IMG/VR virus record: IMGVR_UViG_3300027754_000063
Location: 1 to 64,000 of that record
Length of the DNA: 64,000 nucleotides
Reading direction: 5' to 3' (one strand)
Origin: a virus
Shown: positions 58,873 to 64,000 of the stretch, in pieces
Layout: every line of letters begins with the position of its first letter
Numbering within the stretch: position 1 is the first letter of the stretch
Program-made: the position numbers and the translations under genes
Notes under the pieces: generated by a model
Seen by the model: the letters and a program-made list of their open reading frames with translations, nothing else
Told to the model about the DNA's origin: nothing
Database searches by the model: none

Positions 58873-59388
58873 ATGAATTTTAAACAGTGGTTAGTTAGTT
58901 GCAAGTCACCAAGTATTTTTGAAAACTCTAAAGGCTTAGACTTCTTGCGGGCTGACAGCTCTGAACGTGCTAGATTCCAGTCCCTAAGTCAGCAAATAGA
59001 TCAAGCATATGCGATAAAAGATTATAAAAAAGCAGAAGAACTAGAAGTTGAATTAGAAGACCTGTCTAATAATTTGGAAGATAAACTAAGTGATATTGGT
59101 CAAGAAGGTGGAGAGGAAGATGATGTTGATCAAGATTGGAGTGTTCAAGATGACTTTGCAAATATATATGCTAGATATTTAAGCAATAAGATAAGCGATG
59201 CTGATATTTTCCCTATTCTTAAAGATGCTATACTTGCACCTAATATTAATTTATCTTTTCCAAATATGAAGCTAATAAATAGTCTTGACAAAGAGTCTTT
59301 ACTTGCGATGGCAAAAGATGCTTATTTACATAAGAAAAATATGCATGCTTCTTTAAAAGGAGCCGGTAGTTTGTGGGGTAAAAAGTAA
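58873..59388 (+). CDS. Hypothetical protein with CTS-like N-terminus and UVR-like coiled coil
   Basis: MNFKQWL; LSQQIDQAYAIKDYKKAEELEVEL. Confidence 0.7.
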   Translation: MNFKQWLVSCKSPSIFENSKGLDFLRADSSERARFQSLSQQIDQAYAIKDYKKAEELEVELEDLSNNLEDKLSDIGQEGGEEDDVDQDWSVQDDFANIYARYLSNKISDADIFPILKDAILAPNINLSFPNMKLINSLDKESLLAMAKDAYLHKKNMHASLKGAGSLWGKK

Positions 59389-62081
59389 TGAGTTTTTCTG
59401 GAATAATATTAGCTAAGGCGACAAGCAAAGATGGCGTAGATTCCATATTGAAAAATGGTTTTCAAACGCAAGAAAAGCATATATCTTCTACAAAAACTTT
59501 TGAAAAGCATGCGGAAACAGACACGGATCAAATGTATGGTGCTGGTTTATATTTTTCTATTGCTTATTCTATGGATCAGGTAAAAAATAATTGTGGAAAG
59601 TATGCCGATACGTGGGGTAGCGAGATCATAATTGCCACCTTAAACGGTAAGTATAAAATACTTAATACAGCTTTCTCAATGCCGGAAAGCCATCCTATAT
59701 GGAGTGCATCAACCGCTGGCAGAGCAGGCATTTATAACCAGCTAGTAAATCTTGGTATTATAAGCTTGTTTCCCGATTATAAAGATGGCGATACACACTT
59801 TCCTTCTGAATACGGATACAAAATTTCTCATAGCATTGATGCGTGGGTTCACGAGCACAATCAAATCGCACATATTGTTGTTTATAACCCTAAAATATTA
59901 AAATATGTTACATCTTTTGAGTGCAAAAAAGAAGAAAAACAATTCAAAGTTCTACAACCATCAGAGAAAAAAGAGCAGCCAAAAATAGATCTTTTGCAAC
60001 AAGCTGCACAGCGAAGAAAAGAAAAAGAAGCATTAAGTTTAAAAGTTCCAAAGGCTTCAAATGATCTTAATCTAGAAAATAATTTTAAAGCTTGGTTGGA
60101 ATCAATTGAAGATTACGAGCCATTTAGAAGCAAGATAGATAAAATAGGAGCTAATAGAACATTTCCTTTTGAAAAATGGTTTTCCAACTCAGAAAACGGA
60201 AGAATTTATATTCCCTTATCGGAGGTACAGGAAGAAGATATAAAGTCTACAAAATATTTACGTGATTATCTTGAATCTCGTGGATATCAAATCATAGATT
60301 TAAAAAAAGGATATGCAAAGCAGGATAATAAACAAAATATTTTTAAAATAGGCAAACTTCTAGACACTTTATTATACAAAGACCTAAAGCTATTAGATAT
60401 AGAATTACAAGATAATAAAATTTCTTTGTTGAAATACAATAAAGAAAAATTAAATATGAATCAAAATCATACGTCTATGAAAACTAAATTTGAGAATCTT
60501 AACTCTAGGGTTAGCGGCGTATTGTATGTTGTAATAAGCAGCAATATTCATGATTTAGCATCTATGAGCACAGGAAGAGGATGGAGTAGCTGCATGAATC
60601 TTGATGGCGGCGAGAAGAAAGACGATGTTTATTGTGAAGTAGAGAGAGGCGGATTTGTTGCGTATGTAATAAAAGATAACGACAGAGAAATACAGCAGCC
60701 AATAGCAAGATTACATATACGTAGGTTTGACAGTAAAAAAGGACTTTCCATAGCCGTACCAGAAGAAACAATATATGGAAAAGAAATAAATGGTTTTATA
60801 GAAAAAGTAAAAGACTGGATACAGTCTAAACAAGGAAGTAAGGCAGGTCGATATCGAAAAGTAGGTGGCAATTATTCAGATACATTTAGTTCTTCTAACA
60901 ATATATTAATCTCTCCAAAAGAAGGCAACAAAATAAGGCAATGGCTAACGAAATGGCTTGATATTAAGCAAGAAGATAAGAGCAAGTACGCAGATTATTT
61001 TAGTAAGTCATTGATTTCTCTTTTTAATTCTAGTGAAAAATATCCAGATAAATTTTTAAACAGACTAAAAGAATATATATTTAATTCTAATATATGGTAT
61101 AAACCTACTAAAGGATTTGCACAAACCACAGATCAGTTCATGAGTAAATTTGCAATAAGGTTTCCAGACTTAATAAGCAAAGAAGATTTTTTTAAAGCTT
61201 ATGCAAAAAATATAAACAGCGAAGGCGGTATTGGCAAGCAGCTACTGGAAAAATTCCCCCAGTATATTGACGAAAAGATATTATCAATAACATCAAATAG
61301 AAATAAGTCAGCAGTTATACAATCAGCTCCTCATCTAAGTCCTGTTCATAAAGAGATCATAGAGGACGAATTAGACAACAAATTAACTATTAGTAATCCA
61401 GATTTCACTCCCAGCAATAAAAATGGCATATATCAAGTAAGAAATTACATACATAATGAAATAGAAAAATTATCAATTTGGAAGCCTATACCAGAAAGAA
61501 TTGCATCAAAGGCAATTAAGTTTGCAGAAGATATAATGCGTAAAGACTTCGATGAAGAAAAAGAAGGATCTAAAGATGATAAAGACCTAATTACAGACTT
61601 TAAAAGATTGAAAATTTCTCCTTCTGATTTTGAAGAAATGAAGGAATCTGTTATAGAATCTCTTCTACACGTTTTCACACAAACAAAAACGGATGTGCCA
61701 GTTGTACAAAAGTTCTATAAATCTTTGCTGCCAAATTGGGAGAAATATGGAGGAATAGGAATTATAGGATATGCCATCTCTTCTCTTCGAGAAAATGGTC
61801 GACAATTTTTGCCATTTATAAAACAAAAGAAGCAAGACTTCATACGAGAAAACAGCATTGGCACTCCGGAGTCAGAACTTCATCAAGGCTACAAGGGTTT
61901 GACACCACTAACGAACTCTGAGTACGCTAGGATTGCCAAAGACAAGGATGAGGTAGTTGAATCTTTTAACTATGTCATTGATACATTAGAAACTGGAAGT
62001 CCCTCTAAAAAATATTCCATGAAATTTGGGGTTAATTATGACAACTATATGCACAGGCAAAAAAGAAGGACAACAAATTAA
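59388..62081 (+). CDS. Large protein with N-terminal PARP-like ADP-ribosyltransferase-fold domain
   Basis: LAKATS....SILKNGF...MYGAGLYFS...IVVYNP; internal FKAWLE motif; SMSTGRGWSSCM domain. Confidence 0.7.
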   Translation: MSFSGIILAKATSKDGVDSILKNGFQTQEKHISSTKTFEKHAETDTDQMYGAGLYFSIAYSMDQVKNNCGKYADTWGSEIIIATLNGKYKILNTAFSMPESHPIWSASTAGRAGIYNQLVNLGIISLFPDYKDGDTHFPSEYGYKISHSIDAWVHEHNQIAHIVVYNPKILKYVTSFECKKEEKQFKVLQPSEKKEQPKIDLLQQAAQRRKEKEALSLKVPKASNDLNLENNFKAWLESIEDYEPFRSKIDKIGANRTFPFEKWFSNSENGRIYIPLSEVQEEDIKSTKYLRDYLESRGYQIIDLKKGYAKQDNKQNIFKIGKLLDTLLYKDLKLLDIELQDNKISLLKYNKEKLNMNQNHTSMKTKFENLNSRVSGVLYVVISSNIHDLASMSTGRGWSSCMNLDGGEKKDDVYCEVERGGFVAYVIKDNDREIQQPIARLHIRRFDSKKGLSIAVPEETIYGKEINGFIEKVKDWIQSKQGSKAGRYRKVGGNYSDTFSSSNNILISPKEGNKIRQWLTKWLDIKQEDKSKYADYFSKSLISLFNSSEKYPDKFLNRLKEYIFNSNIWYKPTKGFAQTTDQFMSKFAIRFPDLISKEDFFKAYAKNINSEGGIGKQLLEKFPQYIDEKILSITSNRNKSAVIQSAPHLSPVHKEIIEDELDNKLTISNPDFTPSNKNGIYQVRNYIHNEIEKLSIWKPIPERIASKAIKFAEDIMRKDFDEEKEGSKDDKDLITDFKRLKISPSDFEEMKESVIESLLHVFTQTKTDVPVVQKFYKSLLPNWEKYGGIGIIGYAISSLRENGRQFLPFIKQKKQDFIRENSIGTPESELHQGYKGLTPLTNSEYARIAKDKDEVVESFNYVIDTLETGSPSKKYSMKFGVNYDNYMHRQKRRTTN

Positions 62082-62658
62082 ATATATTTTTTTGTTTTTT
62101 CTTTTGATACCATTTTTTTTAATTTATTTTTTTATTTGTCTAACAATTCCTTTGATTAAATTTGGTAAAATTAAAAAAAATAAAGGAATAGTTTTTTTTG
62201 TTAGAAAAGACATCATACACGCAGACTATGTCTTTCCAGTAAACTTATGGGAAGAATTGGAAACAGAAAAAAAATATGTTGCTATAGGTTGGGGCGAAAG
62301 ATCAATGTTCTTAGAAACACAAAAGTGGTCTGAAGTAAAATTAAATAATTTGCTAAAAGCTTTTTTTGGAATTAACAAGACGGTTGTAAGGATTGAATTT
62401 TTAGATAATATACCAAAAAACAACAAAAAGTTTGAATGCAACTCAGAGCAATTTGAAACAATTAAAAAACATATATTACAGTCATTTGATTTAAATAAAC
62501 TTATATTAAAGAAAAAATCAGATTATCAAATAGGATCATATTATGAATCTGAACTTAATTATAACTTAATTTTAACTTGCAATAACTGGATTAATTTAGG
62601 TCTTAAAAAATGCAAATTATCGAATAGATTTTGGTGCCCTTTAAGCTTTTGGATTTGA
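62077..62658 (+). CDS. DUF2459-like membrane-anchored protein; probable ATT start
   Basis: TM helix, IHADYVFP, IGWGER.MFLET..W, YNLILTCNNW. Confidence 0.75.
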   Translation: MKYIFLFFLLIPFFLIYFFICLTIPLIKFGKIKKNKGIVFFVRKDIIHADYVFPVNLWEELETEKKYVAIGWGERSMFLETQKWSEVKLNNLLKAFFGINKTVVRIEFLDNIPKNNKKFECNSEQFETIKKHILQSFDLNKLILKKKSDYQIGSYYESELNYNLILTCNNWINLGLKKCKLSNRFWCPLSFWI

Positions 62659-62696
62659 CAAAAGAAAAAAGCCCTTAATTTTTCAATTAAGGGCTT
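62659..62696 (-). terminator. Rho-independent terminator, near-identical to 51398..51434
   Basis: AAGCCCTTAATT-TTTC-AATTAAGGGCTT with A tract. Confidence 0.85.
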
Positions 62697-62721
62697 AAAA
62701 ATGTTTAATTTTTTTTAATTA

Positions 62722-63273
62722 TTATGCTACGGCTGCACTGAACGGAGTAGCTTCGGTACCAGTCTGAGTCAAGTAAGCTTTTACAACGAACAATCCAGCG
62801 GCAATGTCGAGTATTTCTACGCTGTCGCCTTTGTATCCACCTTGTGTGCTACCATCCATTGTGAACGTATCGCTTGTAGACGAGGTTGCCCATCCATTGC
62901 CTGGTTCTCCGTCGCCATCATCACCGAACGCCTGACCTTGAATTACGTCAGTAGCATTAGCGACCTGAATTTTATATGAATTCGATGTAACAGTAGTATC
63001 TACATAAAATTTATAACTATTGCCAGATCCAGATGCTTTTGGAAGCGTTGCAACAACGCCAGCAGCTCTTGTTAGCACTAGTGGTAAATTAGCGTGAGTT
63101 TCGGCTGTGATCGTCACAGTCGATGCACTTAGAACCACAGGTGCTGAAACTGCTAGCTTTTCTCTTGTTACTGCTTTTGCCGCTAAATTTGCGGTTACGA
63201 TTTTATTACGAATAATTGGGTAAACAGATTCTATAGATCCATTTCCTGTACCCATTGTTGTTTGTGTGCTCAT
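62722..63273 (-). CDS. Putative capsid decoration/fibre protein, paralog of 51460..52167
   Basis: MSTQTTMGTGNGS; HANLPLVLTRAAGVVATLP; ends TPFSAAVA. Confidence 0.75.
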   Translation of the reverse strand: MSTQTTMGTGNGSIESVYPIIRNKIVTANLAAKAVTREKLAVSAPVVLSASTVTITAETHANLPLVLTRAAGVVATLPKASGSGNSYKFYVDTTVTSNSYKIQVANATDVIQGQAFGDDGDGEPGNGWATSSTSDTFTMDGSTQGGYKGDSVEILDIAAGLFVVKAYLTQTGTEATPFSAAVA

Positions 63274-63428
63274 TTAAATTCCTTTTTAAAAAGTATGGGA
63301 ACAAAATATTCCCTACATTGTATATATGCAAATTGAAATCATTTTTAAATTATCTATTTATTTTTTTCTTAAAATATGTTATATAGTGTTTTGCAATAAC
63401 AGTTTACATCACAAAAGTAATAAATAAC

Positions 63429-63689
63429 ATGAATGGCAAAGGTTCCAAAAGAAGAAAAAAAATAGTTACTCAAGAAATTTGGGACGAAAATTGGACTAGG
63501 ATTTTCAAAAAGGGAAAAAAAATGAGTCAAGGTATTAAAGTGTTAATAAATACAAAAGACGGAAACAACCATGATGTTTGTGATTATGGTTATATTGTCA
63601 GAAGAATGAACGCACAGCTATATGAAATTTGGTCAGAAACATATCAAGTTTCTATGCTTCTTTCGCCTGATGAGTTTACAGAAATTTAA
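63429..63689 (+). CDS. Small hypothetical protein
   Basis: MNGKGSKRR...NWTRIF N-terminus; possible second in-frame start MSQG. Confidence 0.6.
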   Translation: MNGKGSKRRKKIVTQEIWDENWTRIFKKGKKMSQGIKVLINTKDGNNHDVCDYGYIVRRMNAQLYEIWSETYQVSMLLSPDEFTEI

Positions 63690-63718
63690 GCGGCAGAAAA
63701 CCACAAGCGGTTAATTTT

Positions 63719-64000
63719 GTGAAACAAATAATAAATTTAAAAAAAATTACTGAAATTAGTATGGCGTTAGCAGGCAGGAGTTTAACCAACAAAAGATGTA
63801 AACACTTTAGTTTTATTTTTAAAGGGAAAAGACTTTTATCAATAGGAATAAATAGTTCTAAAACTCATCCTGCTAATTTAAAATATAATTATAGAAACAA
63901 GCAGAATCATAATATTAGTGAGTTTGTTGGAACCCACTCGGAATTAAGTGCAGTGCTAAGATTAGGACTTGAAGACTGTTCTGGACTTACCATTGTGAAC
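63719..64000 (+). CDS. Cytidine/dCMP deaminase-like protein, 3'-truncated by the window edge
   Basis: Manual translation from GTG: KHFSFIFKGKRLLSIGIN..KTHP...GTHSELSAV (HxE Zn motif); open to the window end. Confidence 0.7.
   Translation, partial: MKQIINLKKITEISMALAGRSLTNKRCKHFSFIFKGKRLLSIGINSSKTHPANLKYNYRNKQNHNISEFVGTHSELSAVLRLGLEDCSGLTIVN

Noticed and set aside
1-64000. CRISPR array, tRNA or rRNA genes
   Set aside because: All repeats found are coding tandem repeats without unique spacers; no cloverleaf or rRNA-like segment recognised by eye (tRNAscan not run)

Overview
AT-rich segment of a large T4-superfamily (jumbo-like) tailed phage genome, translated with the standard code. It carries a dispersed T4-type morphogenesis set: gp13-like neck (17.5 kb), gp17 large terminase (26-27.8 kb), intein-containing gp20 portal (35.9-38.4 kb), and a head operon (core-like protein, gp21 protease, gp22 scaffold, gp23 major capsid; 39.2-44.1 kb) followed by two free-standing homing-endonuclease-like genes. 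Also present are a primase, a Cas4/RecB-like nuclease, a UvrD helicase, a Prim-Pol, a degenerate Dam, fibre/adhesin genes (collagen, Ig-like repeats, delta-60 propeller, permuted FGE-sulfatase/LamG) and envelope or metabolic genes (RfaD-, RmlA-, LpxH-, PaaK-, sulfotransferase-like, ferritin, CYTH). Main observations: (1) about 14 scattered ORFs begin with a peptide resembling the T4 capsid-targeting sequence, including a helicase, and a PARP-like ART fusion carries it internally, suggesting a large head-packaged cargo system; (2) several proteases of different classes, two of which are exported and share a 21-aa C-terminal tag (IxIIDRSxIxxxYxxxYILMP); (3) several apparent ATT start codons; (4) a palindromic TATATA candidate late promoter. 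A Planctomycetota host is inferred from protein family signatures, not proven. All family assignments come from motif recognition without database searches.
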